This document shows positions 35,429-50,000 of a stretch of 64,000 nucleotides of DNA, piece by piece. Positions within the stretch are counted from its first letter, which is position 1, and every line of letters starts with the position of its first letter. The notes beneath the pieces were generated by a model. The model saw only the letters and a list, made by a program, of their open reading frames with translations. It made no database searches and was not told where the DNA came from. This DNA comes from Macrostomum lignano. Lineage: Eukaryota. Where the stretch lies: the NCBI GenBank assembly GCA_002269645.1, contig NIVC01003765.1, positions 13,782 to 77,781 of the forward strand, written 5' to 3'. The position numbers and the translations under genes were made by a program.

Positions 35429-37150
35429 ATGCCAGGAAGACCCCTCCAAGTGACGAAGCCGGTCGTTGAAGGCCAGCAGTGGGATGATGAACAGGATCGA
35501 TTTCAATTTAACCGCGACTTCGCTGAACTCATTGACTCACCGGAAAGACTTGCCAAATCGCCTGTCGCCGTCATCAGCGTGGCTGGAGCCTTCCGCAAGG
35601 GCAAGTCTTTTCTGCTCAACTTCTTCCTGAGATACCTCCGAGCTCTCAGTCGAGGTGACACTCGTGACTGGATTCTATCTGAGGACCAGCTAGACGACGG
35701 ATTCCACTGGAGAGCCGGGAGCGAGAGAGACACCACCGGGATCCTCATCTGGTCCGAGCCGTTCTTCATCCGCAAGCCCGACGGACAAGAGGTGGCCGTG
35801 CTGCTCATGGACACTCAGGGCACATTTGATCACCAATCGACCCAGCAGGACTGCACCACCATCTTTGCCTTCAGCACACTGATGAGCTCAGTTCAGATCT
35901 TCAACATCTCGCAGAACATCCAGGAGACGGATCTGCAGCACCTTCGACTATTTATTGAGTTCGCTTCGATGGCGAAGAACTCTGCAAAGAAAGTTCTCCA
36001 ACATCTGTGGTTCCTCATCAGAGACTGGCAGAATCCAGACGAGTATGATTACGGAGCTAATGGCGGAGAAGACTACCTTAAAAACGTTCTTGCGTGTGAT
36101 GAAAAGAAGCCTCCAGAGAACCAGGCGCTGAGACAAGGCATCAAGCGGCAGTTCGAGGCGGCGTCCAGCTTCCTGCTGCCGTATCCTGGAAAAGCAGTCA
36201 CGCGAGCGGATTTCAAGGGTCAAGTTGACAGGCTCGATAGCGACTTTGTCGAGCACCTGGATTGCTTTGTCCGCCGTATTTTGGCGCCCGAAAATCTTGT
36301 GGTCAAGAAGCTGAACGGCAAGGTGCTCACTGGTCGAGAGTTTTTCTCACTTATTGAAGTTTACTTCGATGCCTTCCGCCTTGGCAAGCTGCCGACTCCG
36401 AAGAGCATCTTCACCGCCACCGTCGAGATGGCCAATCAATCTGCTTCGCGGGACGCAGTGAAATTCTTCGAAGATTCGATGGGCTCACTTTCGGGTCCGA
36501 CAGCCATCAGCGACCAGGAGCTGAGCGACCTACTCAGTACGATGTTTGAGCAGGCGATGCAGCACTTCGATGACAACTGCATGGAGAGAGGATCGAAAGA
36601 CACTGCTCAAACCAGGATGAAGCTCGAAGCTGAGCTCCGAGGACTGTTCCAGCAGCAGCAGATGCTGAACCAGCTGAAGTCGGACAAGATCGAGGCCGAG
36701 ACGAAGAGCCGCATGCTGATGGACCACATAAAGCGCATGCAGGACGAGAGCCTGGCAGCTGCACAACGAATGTGCGAGATGGAGAAGGAGTTCGCTGACA
36801 AAGTTGCTGAGATTCAACGCTCGGCGATTACAAGAGAGCAAATGGAGGAGATGCTGGTTAAGCACTCGACTGCGCAAAAGGAATTGGAAAAGCAGAATGA
36901 AAAGATGATGAAGCGAACCGTGGAGATGGCGGAGAAAAACCGGAAGTTGATGAGTAAGCTGAAGCAGAATAAAGAGGAGGCGATGCAGCAGCAGCAGGAG
37001 ATGATGGAGGAGTTTATGCGGCAAATGAAGGTTGCACAGGAAAAATACAGGAAGGCGGCAGAGGATTCTTCCAACTTTTTCACAAAGTATGTTTCTCCCA
37101 TTTTGTCCGCCGCCGTTCCTACAGCTTTGCGTCTTTGGTTTCAAAGTTAG
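35429..37150 (+). CDS. Atlastin-family GTPase, coiled-coil form with amphipathic/hydrophobic C-terminus (paralog 4, ~573 aa)
   Basis: GAFRKGKS, SERDTTG, DTQG, IRDW; ends SNFFTKYVSPILSAAVPTALRLWFQS*; ATG 35429 lies 2 nt after acceptor-like ttttcag (ORF track starts at 35387). Confidence 0.9.
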   Translation: MPGRPLQVTKPVVEGQQWDDEQDRFQFNRDFAELIDSPERLAKSPVAVISVAGAFRKGKSFLLNFFLRYLRALSRGDTRDWILSEDQLDDGFHWRAGSERDTTGILIWSEPFFIRKPDGQEVAVLLMDTQGTFDHQSTQQDCTTIFAFSTLMSSVQIFNISQNIQETDLQHLRLFIEFASMAKNSAKKVLQHLWFLIRDWQNPDEYDYGANGGEDYLKNVLACDEKKPPENQALRQGIKRQFEAASSFLLPYPGKAVTRADFKGQVDRLDSDFVEHLDCFVRRILAPENLVVKKLNGKVLTGREFFSLIEVYFDAFRLGKLPTPKSIFTATVEMANQSASRDAVKFFEDSMGSLSGPTAISDQELSDLLSTMFEQAMQHFDDNCMERGSKDTAQTRMKLEAELRGLFQQQQMLNQLKSDKIEAETKSRMLMDHIKRMQDESLAAAQRMCEMEKEFADKVAEIQRSAITREQMEEMLVKHSTAQKELEKQNEKMMKRTVEMAEKNRKLMSKLKQNKEEAMQQQQEMMEEFMRQMKVAQEKYRKAAEDSSNFFTKYVSPILSAAVPTALRLWFQS

Positions 37151-38070
37151 CATCGTCATGCAGCATATCATAGAGTTGATTCGATTACTCGCAGTTCTAA
37201 TTTTTCTATCTCCAAAAGTGCGCATGGCTCACTATATGCGCTTTGTAGTGTCAATAAAATGTTTAACGTTTTTAAAACAAACTTGAACGTTTCGGTTAGA
37301 ATCCAAATGAGCACGATGCTACTCAATAATCCTAAAAAGCCGGTATGTAAGAGAAAACTCAAGTAAAAAAAATTGCTTTGACCTTTGCGTAACCTTTGCG
37401 AGACCATATTTTACTGCCTCTGCAGCTCTGCTGGCATGATTTATTAGAAAATTATCTAATTATTGTTTGCGTGCAGATGCTGTCTATTTAATATTGAATA
37501 CATTACCTAGAATGTGAATTATATCCAATAGTTCTGCACCTGAGGCCCTTGCTGCGATTATTAAAATTGCATGCTTCTGCTGTTCCTTTTTACCTTTGAA
37601 TTGTACCTTTTAACTTCAATTCACAACAATTTTAAATGTTTTCTACTTTCATATACGCAAGTTTATGTATACTGTTCGCCTGTTCGAGGATAACCTGACG
37701 CGTGTGAGCACTTCGATAGGTGGGCGGCAAACCATTGACAACTCGAGCGTAAAGCAGATGGGCGCTAATCTTGCAAATCATGCAAAATTGAAAGTTTTCA
37801 GTTCTTAGTGCTAAATTCACAACACCTTACCTTCTGAACTTCTGAATTATAGCTCGTACGCTCGTAACTATAAAGCCAGTGTTTTTCGCTTGAGTTGCAT
37901 TCACAAGTATTTCATAAAAAAGAAGAAAATATATGGAAACAGTGGAAATTTCTTCAGCACTTTGCTTGCCTGTCAGTCTCTAATCTGGTAGTTTTTGGGA
38001 ATTTTGTGCTGTAAAACGTTATACTTCGTGTCTCATCAATGTGTTTAAATAGGCAAGAATCAACTAATGT

Positions 38071-41000
38071 ACAATACAGAACAGACCAACAGACAGCCAC
38101 AGCACCATTAAAGGACAATACAGAACAGACCAACAGACAGCCACAGCACCATTAAAGGACAATACAGAACAGACCAACAGACAGCCACAGCACCATTAAA
38201 GGACAATACAGAACAGACCAACAGACAGCCACAGCACCATTAAAGGACAATACAGAACAGACCAACAGACAGCCACAGCACCATTAAAGGACAATACAGA
38301 ACAGACCAACAGACAGCCACAGCACCATTAAAGGACAATACAGAACAGACCAACAGACAGCCACAGCACCATTAAAGGACAATACAGAACAGACCAACAG
38401 ACAGCCACAGCACCATTAAAGGACAATACAGAACAGACCAACAGACAGCCACAGCACCATTAAAGGACAATACAGAACAGACCAACAGACAGCCACAGCA
38501 CCATTAAAGGACAATACAGAACAGACCAACAGACAGCCACAGCACCATTAAAGGACAATACAGAACAGACCAACAGACAGCCACAGCACCATTAAAGGAC
38601 AATACAGAACAGACCAACAGACAGCCACAGCACCATTAAAGGACAATACAGAACAGACCAACAGACAGCCACAGCACCATTAAAGGACAATACAGAACAG
38701 ACCAACAGACAGCCACAGCACCATTAAAGGACAATACAGAACAGACCAACAGACAGCCACAGCACCATTAAAGGACAATACAGAACAGACCAACAGACAG
38801 CCACAGCACCATTAAAGGACAATACAGAACAGACCAACAGACAGCCACAGCACCATTAAAGGACAATACAGAACAGACCAACAGACAGCCACAGCACCAT
38901 TAAAGGACAATACAGAACAGACCAACAGACAGCCACAGCACCATTAAAGGACAATACAGAACAGACCAACAGACAGCCACAGCACCATTAAAGGACAATA
39001 CAGAACAGACCAACAGACAGCCACAGCACCATTAAAGGACAATACAGAACAGACCAACAGACAGCCACAGCACCATTAAAGGACAATACAGAACAGACCA
39101 ACAGACAGCCACAGCACCATTAAAGGACAATACAGAACAGACCAACAGACAGCCACAGCACCATTAAAGGACAATACAGAACAGACCAACAGACAGCCAC
39201 AGCACCATTAAAGGACAATACAGAACAGACCAACAGACAGCCACAGCACCATTAAAGGACAATACAGAACAGACCAACAGACAGCCACAGCACCATTAAA
39301 GGACAATACAGAACAGACCAACAGACAGCCACAGCACCATTAAAGGACAATACAGAACAGACCAACAGACAGCCACAGCACCATTAAAGGACAATACAGA
39401 ACAGACCAACAGACAGCCACAGCACCATTAAAGGACAATACAGAACAGACCAACAGACAGCCACAGCACCATTAAAGGACAATACAGAACAGACCAACAG
39501 ACAGCCACAGCACCATTAAAGGACAATACAGAACAGACCAACAGACAGCCACAGCACCATTAAAGGACAATACAGAACAGACCAACAGACAGCCACAGCA
39601 CCATTAAAGGACAATACAGAACAGACCAACAGACAGCCACAGCACCATTAAAGGACAATACAGAACAGACCAACAGACAGCCACAGCACCATTAAAGGAC
39701 AATACAGAACAGACCAACAGACAGCCACAGCACCATTAAAGGACAATACAGAACAGACCAACAGACAGCCACAGCACCATTAAAGGACAATACAGAACTG
39801 ACCAACAGACAGCCACAGCACCATTAAAGGACAATACAGAACTGACCAACAGACAGCCACAGCACCATTAAAGGACAATACAGAACTGACCAACAGACAG
39901 CCACAGCACCATTAAAGGACAATACAGAACAGACCAACAGACAGCCACAGCACCATTAAAGGACAATACAGAACTGACCAACAGACAGCCACAGCACCAT
40001 TAAAGGACAATACAGAACAGACCAACAGACAGCCACAGCACCATTAAAGGACAATACAGAACAGACCAACAGACAGCCACAGCACCATTAAAGGACAATA
40101 CAGAACTGACCAACAGACAGCCACAGCACCATTAAAGGACAATACAGAACAGACCAACAGACAGCCACAGCACCATTAAAGGACAATACAGAACAGACCA
40201 ACAGACAGCCACAGCACCATTAAAGGACAATACAGAACAGACCAACAGACAGCCACAGCACCATTAAAGGACAATACAGAACAGACCAACAGACAGCCAC
40301 AGCACCATTAAAGGACAATACAGAACAGACCAACAGACAGCCACAGCACCATTAAAGGACAATACAGAACAGACCAACAGACAGCCACAGCACCATTAAA
40401 GGACAATACAGAACAGACCAACAGACAGCCACAGCACCATTAAAGGACAATACAGAACAGACCAACAGACAGCCACAGCACCATTAAAGGACAATACAGA
40501 ACAGACCAACAGACAGCCACAGCACCATTAAAGGACAATACAGAACAGACCAACAGACAGCCACAGCACCATTAAAGGACAATACAGAACAGACCAACAG
40601 ACAGCCACAGCACCATTAAAGGACAATACAGAACAGACCAACAGACAGCCACAGCACCATTAAAGGACAATACAGAACAGACCAACAGACAGCCACAGCA
40701 CCATTAAAGGACAATACAGAACAGACCAACAGACAGCCACAGCACCATTAAAGGACAATACAGAACAGACCAACAGACAGCCACAGCACCATTAAAGGAC
40801 AATACAGAACAGACCAACAGACAGCCACAGCACCATTAAAGGACAATACAGAACAGACCAACAGACAGCCACAGCACCATTAAAGGACAATACAGAACAG
40901 ACCAACAGACAGCCACAGCACCATTAAAGGACAATACAGAACAGACCAACAGACAGCCACAGCACCATTAAAGGACAATACAGAACAGACCAACAGACAG

Positions 41001-44000
41001 CCACAGCACCATTAAAGGACAATACAGAACAGACCAACAGACAGCCACAGCACCATTAAAGGACAATACAGAACAGACCAACAGACAGCCACAGCACCAT
41101 TAAAGGACAATACAGAACAGACCAACAGACAGCCACAGCACCATTAAAGGACAATACAGAACAGACCAACAGACAGCCACAGCACCATTAAAGGACAATA
41201 CAGAACAGACCAACAGACAGCCACAGCACCATTAAAGGACAATACAGAACAGACCAACAGACAGCCACAGCACCATTAAAGGACAATACAGAACAGACCA
41301 ACAGACAGCCACAGCACCATTAAAGGACAATACAGAACAGACCAACAGACAGCCACAGCACCATTAAAGGACAATACAGAACAGACCAACAGACAGCCAC
41401 AGCACCATTAAAGGACAATACAGAACAGACCAACAGACAGCCACAGCACCATTAAAGGACAATACAGAACAGACCAACAGACAGCCACAGCACCATTAAA
41501 GGACAATACAGAACAGACCAACAGACAGCCACAGCACCATTAAAGGACAATACAGAACAGACCAACAGACAGCCACAGCACCATTAAAGGACAATACAGA
41601 ACAGACCAACAGACAGCCACAGCACCATTAAAGGACAATACAGAACAGACCAACAGACAGCCACAGCACCATTAAAGGACAATACAGAACAGACCAACAG
41701 ACAGCCACAGCACCATTAAAGGACAATACAGAACAGACCAACAGACAGCCACAGCACCATTAAAGGACAATACAGAACAGACCAACAGACAGCCACAGCA
41801 CCATTAAAGGACAATACAGAACAGACCAACAGACAGCCACAGCACCATTAAAGGACAATACAGAACAGACCAACAGACAGCCACAGCACCATTAAAGGAC
41901 AATACAGAACAGACCAACAGACAGCCACAGCACCATTAAAGGACAATACAGAACAGACCAACAGACAGCCACAGCACCATTAAAGGACAATACAGAACAG
42001 ACCAACAGACAGCCACAGCACCATTAAAGGACAATACAGAACAGACCAACAGACAGCCACAGCACCATTAAAGGACAATACAGAACAGACCAACAGACAG
42101 CCACAGCACCATTAAAGGACAATACAGAACAGACCAACAGACAGCCACAGCACCATTAAAGGACAATACAGAACAGACCAACAGACAGCCACAGCACCAT
42201 TAAAGGACAATACAGAACAGACCAACAGACAGCCACAGCACCATTAAAGGACAATACAGAACAGACCAACAGACAGCCACAGCACCATTAAAGGACAATA
42301 CAGAACAGACCAACAGACAGCCACAGCACCATTAAAGGACAATACAGAACAGACCAACAGACAGCCACAGCACCATTAAAGGACAATACAGAACAGACCA
42401 ACAGACAGCCACAGCACCATTAAAGGACAATACAGAACAGACCAACAGACAGCCACAGCACCATTAAAGGACAATACAGAACAGACCAACAGACAGCCAC
42501 AGCACCATTAAAGGACAATACAGAACAGACCAACAGACAGCCACAGCACCATTAAAGGACAATACAGAACAGACCAACAGACAGCCACAGCACCATTAAA
42601 GGACAATACAGAACAGACCAACAGACAGCCACAGCACCATTAAAGGACAATACAGAACAGACCAACAGACAGCCACAGCACCATTAAAGGACAATACAGA
42701 ACAGACCAACAGACAGCCACAGCACCATTAAAGGACAATACAGAACAGACCAACAGACAGCCACAGCACCATTAAAGGACAATACAGAACAGACCAACAG
42801 ACAGCCACAGCACCATTAAAGGACAATACAGAACAGACCAACAGACAGCCACAGCACCATTAAAGGACAATACAGAACAGACCAACAGACAGCCACAGCA
42901 CCATTAAAGGACAATACAGAACAGACCAACAGACAGCCACAGCACCATTAAAGGACAATACAGAACAGACCAACAGACAGCCACAGCACCATTAAAGGAC
43001 AATACAGAACAGACCAACAGACAGCCACAGCACCATTAAAGGACAATACAGAACAGACCAACAGACAGCCACAGCACCATTAAAGGACAATACAGAACAG
43101 ACCAACAGACAGCCACAGCACCATTAAAGGACAATACAGAACAGACCAACAGACAGCCACAGCACCATTAAAGGACAATACAGAACAGACCAACAGACAG
43201 CCACAGCACCATTAAAGGACAATACAGAACAGACCAACAGACAGCCACAGCACCATTAAAGGACAATACAGAACAGACCAACAGACAGCCACAGCACCAT
43301 TAAAGGACAATACAGAACAGACCAACAGACAGCCACAGCACCATTAAAGGACAATACAGAACAGACCAACAGACAGCCACAGCACCATTAAAGGACAATA
43401 CAGAACAGACCAACAGACAGCCACAGCACCATTAAAGGACAATACAGAACAGACCAACAGACAGCCACAGCACCATTAAAGGACAATACAGAACAGACCA
43501 ACAGACAGCCACAGCACCATTAAAGGACAATACAGAACAGACCAACAGACAGCCACAGCACCATTAAAGGACAATACAGAACAGACCAACAGACAGCCAC
43601 AGCACCATTAAAGGACAATACAGAACAGACCAACAGACAGCCACAGCACCATTAAAGGACAATACAGAACAGACCAACAGACAGCCACAGCACCATTAAA
43701 GGACAATACAGAACAGACCAACAGACAGCCACAGCACCATTAAAGGACAATACAGAACAGACCAACAGACAGCCACAGCACCATTAAAGGACAATACAGA
43801 ACAGACCAACAGACAGCCACAGCACCATTAAAGGACAATACAGAACAGACCAACAGACAGCCACAGCACCATTAAAGGACAATACAGAACAGACCAACAG
43901 ACAGCCACAGCACCATTAAAGGACAATACAGAACAGACCAACAGACAGCCACAGCACCATTAAAGGACAATACAGAACAGACCAACAGACAGCCACAGCA

Positions 44001-47000
44001 CCATTAAAGGACAATACAGAACAGACCAACAGACAGCCACAGCACCATTAAAGGACAATACAGAACAGACCAACAGACAGCCACAGCACCATTAAAGGAC
44101 AATACAGAACAGACCAACAGACAGCCACAGCACCATTAAAGGACAATACAGAACAGACCAACAGACAGCCACAGCACCATTAAAGGACAATACAGAACAG
44201 ACCAACAGACAGCCACAGCACCATTAAAGGACAATACAGAACAGACCAACAGACAGCCACAGCACCATTAAAGGACAATACAGAACAGACCAACAGACAG
44301 CCACAGCACCATTAAAGGACAATACAGAACAGACCAACAGACAGCCACAGCACCATTAAAGGACAATACAGAACAGACCAACAGACAGCCACAGCACCAT
44401 TAAAGGACAATACAGAACAGACCAACAGACAGCCACAGCACCATTAAAGGACAATACAGAACAGACCAACAGACAGCCACAGCACCATTAAAGGACAATA
44501 CAGAACAGACCAACAGACAGCCACAGCACCATTAAAGGACAATACAGAACAGACCAACAGACAGCCACAGCACCATTAAAGGACAATACAGAACAGACCA
44601 ACAGACAGCCACAGCACCATTAAAGGACAATACAGAACAGACCAACAGACAGCCACAGCACCATTAAAGGACAATACAGAACAGACCAACAGACAGCCAC
44701 AGCACCATTAAAGGACAATACAGAACAGACCAACAGACAGCCACAGCACCATTAAAGGACAATACAGAACAGACCAACAGACAGCCACAGCACCATTAAA
44801 GGACAATACAGAACAGACCAACAGACAGCCACAGCACCATTAAAGGACAATACAGAACAGACCAACAGACAGCCACAGCACCATTAAAGGACAATACAGA
44901 ACAGACCAACAGACAGCCACAGCACCATTAAAGGACAATACAGAACAGACCAACAGACAGCCACAGCACCATTAAAGGACAATACAGAACAGACCAACAG
45001 ACAGCCACAGCACCATTAAAGGACAATACAGAACAGACCAACAGACAGCCACAGCACCATTAAAGGACAATACAGAACAGACCAACAGACAGCCACAGCA
45101 CCATTAAAGGACAATACAGAACAGACCAACAGACAGCCACAGCACCATTAAAGGACAATACAGAACAGACCAACAGACAGCCACAGCACCATTAAAGGAC
45201 AATACAGAACAGACCAACAGACAGCCACAGCACCATTAAAGGACAATACAGAACAGACCAACAGACAGCCACAGCACCATTAAAGGACAATACAGAACAG
45301 ACCAACAGACAGCCACAGCACCATTAAAGGACAATACAGAACAGACCAACAGACAGCCACAGCACCATTAAAGGACAATACAGAACAGACCAACAGACAG
45401 CCACAGCACCATTAAAGGACAATACAGAACAGACCAACAGACAGCCACAGCACCATTAAAGGACAATACAGAACAGACCAACAGACAGCCACAGCACCAT
45501 TAAAGGACAATACAGAACAGACCAACAGACAGCCACAGCACCATTAAAGGACAATACAGAACAGACCAACAGACAGCCACAGCACCATTAAAGGACAATA
45601 CAGAACAGACCAACAGACAGCCACAGCACCATTAAAGGACAATACAGAACAGACCAACAGACAGCCACAGCACCATTAAAGGACAATACAGAACAGACCA
45701 ACAGACAGCCACAGCACCATTAAAGGACAATACAGAACAGACCAACAGACAGCCACAGCACCATTAAAGGACAATACAGAACAGACCAACAGACAGCCAC
45801 AGCACCATTAAAGGACAATACAGAACAGACCAACAGACAGCCACAGCACCATTAAAGGACAATACAGAACAGACCAACAGACAGCCACAGCACCATTAAA
45901 GGACAATACAGAACAGACCAACAGACAGCCACAGCACCATTAAAGGACAATACAGAACAGACCAACAGACAGCCACAGCACCATTAAAGGACAATACAGA
46001 ACAGACCAACAGACAGCCACAGCACCATTAAAGGACAATACAGAACAGACCAACAGACAGCCACAGCACCATTAAAGGACAATACAGAACAGACCAACAG
46101 ACAGCCACAGCACCATTAAAGGACAATACAGAACAGACCAACAGACAGCCACAGCACCATTAAAGGACAATACAGAACAGACCAACAGACAGCCACAGCA
46201 CCATTAAAGGACAATACAGAACAGACCAACAGACAGCCACAGCACCATTAAAGGACAATACAGAACAGACCAACAGACAGCCACAGCACCATTAAAGGAC
46301 AATACAGAACAGACCAACAGACAGCCACAGCACCATTAAAGGACAATACAGAACAGACCAACAGACAGCCACAGCACCATTAAAGGACAATACAGAACAG
46401 ACCAACAGACAGCCACAGCACCATTAAAGGACAATACAGAACAGACCAACAGACAGCCACAGCACCATTAAAGGACAATACAGAACAGACCAACAGACAG
46501 CCACAGCACCATTAAAGGACAATACAGAACAGACCAACAGACAGCCACAGCACCATTAAAGGACAATACAGAACAGACCAACAGACAGCCACAGCACCAT
46601 TAAAGGACAATACAGAACAGACCAACAGACAGCCACAGCACCATTAAAGGACAATACAGAACAGACCAACAGACAGCCACAGCACCATTAAAGGACAATA
46701 CAGAACAGACCAACAGACAGCCACAGCACCATTAAAGGACAATACAGAACAGACCAACAGACAGCCACAGCACCATTAAAGGACAATACAGAACAGACCA
46801 ACAGACAGCCACAGCACCATTAAAGGACAATACAGAACAGACCAACAGACAGCCACAGCACCATTAAAGGACAATACAGAACAGACCAACAGACAGCCAC
46901 AGCACCATTAAAGGACAATACAGAACAGACCAACAGACAGCCACAGCACCATTAAAGGACAATACAGAACAGACCAACAGACAGCCACAGCACCATTAAA

Positions 47001-50000
47001 GGACAATACAGAACAGACCAACAGACAGCCACAGCACCATTAAAGGACAATACAGAACAGACCAACAGACAGCCACAGCACCATTAAAGGACAATACAGA
47101 ACAGACCAACAGACAGCCACAGCACCATTAAAGGACAATACAGAACAGACCAACAGACAGCCACAGCACCATTAAAGGACAATACAGAACAGACCAACAG
47201 ACAGCCACAGCACCATTAAAGGACAATACAGAACAGACCAACAGACAGCCACAGCACCATTAAAGGACAATACAGAACAGACCAACAGACAGCCACAGCA
47301 CCATTAAAGGACAATACAGAACAGACCAACAGACAGCCACAGCACCATTAAAGGACAATACAGAACAGACCAACAGACAGCCACAGCACCATTAAAGGAC
47401 AATACAGAACAGACCAACAGACAGCCACAGCACCATTAAAGGACAATACAGAACAGACCAACAGACAGCCACAGCACCATTAAAGGACAATACAGAACAG
47501 ACCAACAGACAGCCACAGCACCATTAAAGGACAATACAGAACAGACCAACAGACAGCCACAGCACCATTAAAGGACAATACAGAACAGACCAACAGACAG
47601 CCACAGCACCATTAAAGGACAATACAGAACAGACCAACAGACAGCCACAGCACCATTAAAGGACAATACAGAACAGACCAACAGACAGCCACAGCACCAT
47701 TAAAGGACAATACAGAACAGACCAACAGACAGCCACAGCACCATTAAAGGACAATACAGAACAGACCAACAGACAGCCACAGCACCATTAAAGGACAATA
47801 CAGAACAGACCAACAGACAGCCACAGCACCATTAAAGGACAATACAGAACAGACCAACAGACAGCCACAGCACCATTAAAGGACAATACAGAACAGACCA
47901 ACAGACAGCCACAGCACCATTAAAGGACAATACAGAACAGACCAACAGACAGCCACAGCACCATTAAAGGACAATACAGAACAGACCAACAGACAGCCAC
48001 AGCACCATTAAAGGACAATACAGAACAGACCAACAGACAGCCACAGCACCATTAAAGGACAATACAGAACAGACCAACAGACAGCCACAGCACCATTAAA
48101 GGACAATACAGAACAGACCAACAGACAGCCACAGCACCATTAAAGGACAATACAGAACAGACCAACAGACAGCCACAGCACCATTAAAGGACAATACAGA
48201 ACAGACCAACAGACAGCCACAGCACCATTAAAGGACAATACAGAACAGACCAACAGACAGCCACAGCACCATTAAAGGACAATACAGAACAGACCAACAG
48301 ACAGCCACAGCACCATTAAAGGACAATACAGAACAGACCAACAGACAGCCACAGCACCATTAAAGGACAATACAGAACAGACCAACAGACAGCCACAGCA
48401 CCATTAAAGGACAATACAGAACAGACCAACAGACAGCCACAGCACCATTAAAGGACAATACAGAACAGACCAACAGACAGCCACAGCACCATTAAAGGAC
48501 AATACAGAACAGACCAACAGACAGCCACAGCACCATTAAAGGACAATACAGAACAGACCAACAGACAGCCACAGCACCATTAAAGGACAATACAGAACAG
48601 ACCAACAGACAGCCACAGCACCATTAAAGGACAATACAGAACAGACCAACAGACAGCCACAGCACCATTAAAGGACAATACAGAACAGACCAACAGACAG
48701 CCACAGCACCATTAAAGGACAATACAGAACAGACCAACAGACAGCCACAGCACCATTAAAGGACAATACAGAACAGACCAACAGACAGCCACAGCACCAT
48801 TAAAGGACAATACAGAACAGACCAACAGACAGCCACAGCACCATTAAAGGACAATACAGAACAGACCAACAGACAGCCACAGCACCATTAAAGGACAATA
48901 CAGAACAGACCAACAGACAGCCACAGCACCATTAAAGGACAATACAGAACAGACCAACAGACAGCCACAGCACCATTAAAGGACAATACAGAACAGACCA
49001 ACAGACAGCCACAGCACCATTAAAGGACAATACAGAACAGACCAACAGACAGCCACAGCACCATTAAAGGACAATACAGAACAGACCAACAGACAGCCAC
49101 AGCACCATTAAAGGACAATACAGAACAGACCAACAGACAGCCACAGCACCATTAAAGGACAATACAGAACAGACCAACAGACAGCCACAGCACCATTAAA
49201 GGACAATACAGAACAGACCAACAGACAGCCACAGCACCATTAAAGGACAATACAGAACAGACCAACAGACAGCCACAGCACCATTAAAGGACAATACAGA
49301 ACAGACCAACAGACAGCCACAGCACCATTAAAGGACAATACAGAACAGACCAACAGACAGCCACAGCACCATTAAAGGACAATACAGAACAGACCAACAG
49401 ACAGCCACAGCACCATTAAAGGACAATACAGAACAGACCAACAGACAGCCACAGCACCATTAAAGGACAATACAGAACAGACCAACAGACAGCCACAGCA
49501 CCATTAAAGGACAATACAGAACAGACCAACAGACAGCCACAGCACCATTAAAGGACAATACAGAACAGACCAACAGACAGCCACAGCACCATTAAAGGAC
49601 AATACAGAACAGACCAACAGACAGCCACAGCACCATTAAAGGACAATACAGAACAGACCAACAGACAGCCACAGCACCATTAAAGGACAATACAGAACAG
49701 ACCAACAGACAGCCACAGCACCATTAAAGGACAATACAGAACAGACCAACAGACAGCCACAGCACCATTAAAGGACAATACAGAACAGACCAACAGACAG
49801 CCACAGCACCATTAAAGGACAATACAGAACAGACCAACAGACAGCCACAGCACCATTAAAGGACAATACAGAACAGACCAACAGACAGCCACAGCACCAT
49901 TAAAGGACAATACAGAACAGACCAACAGACAGCCACAGCACCATTAAAGGACAATACAGAACAGACCAACAGACAGCCACAGCACCATTAAAGGACAATA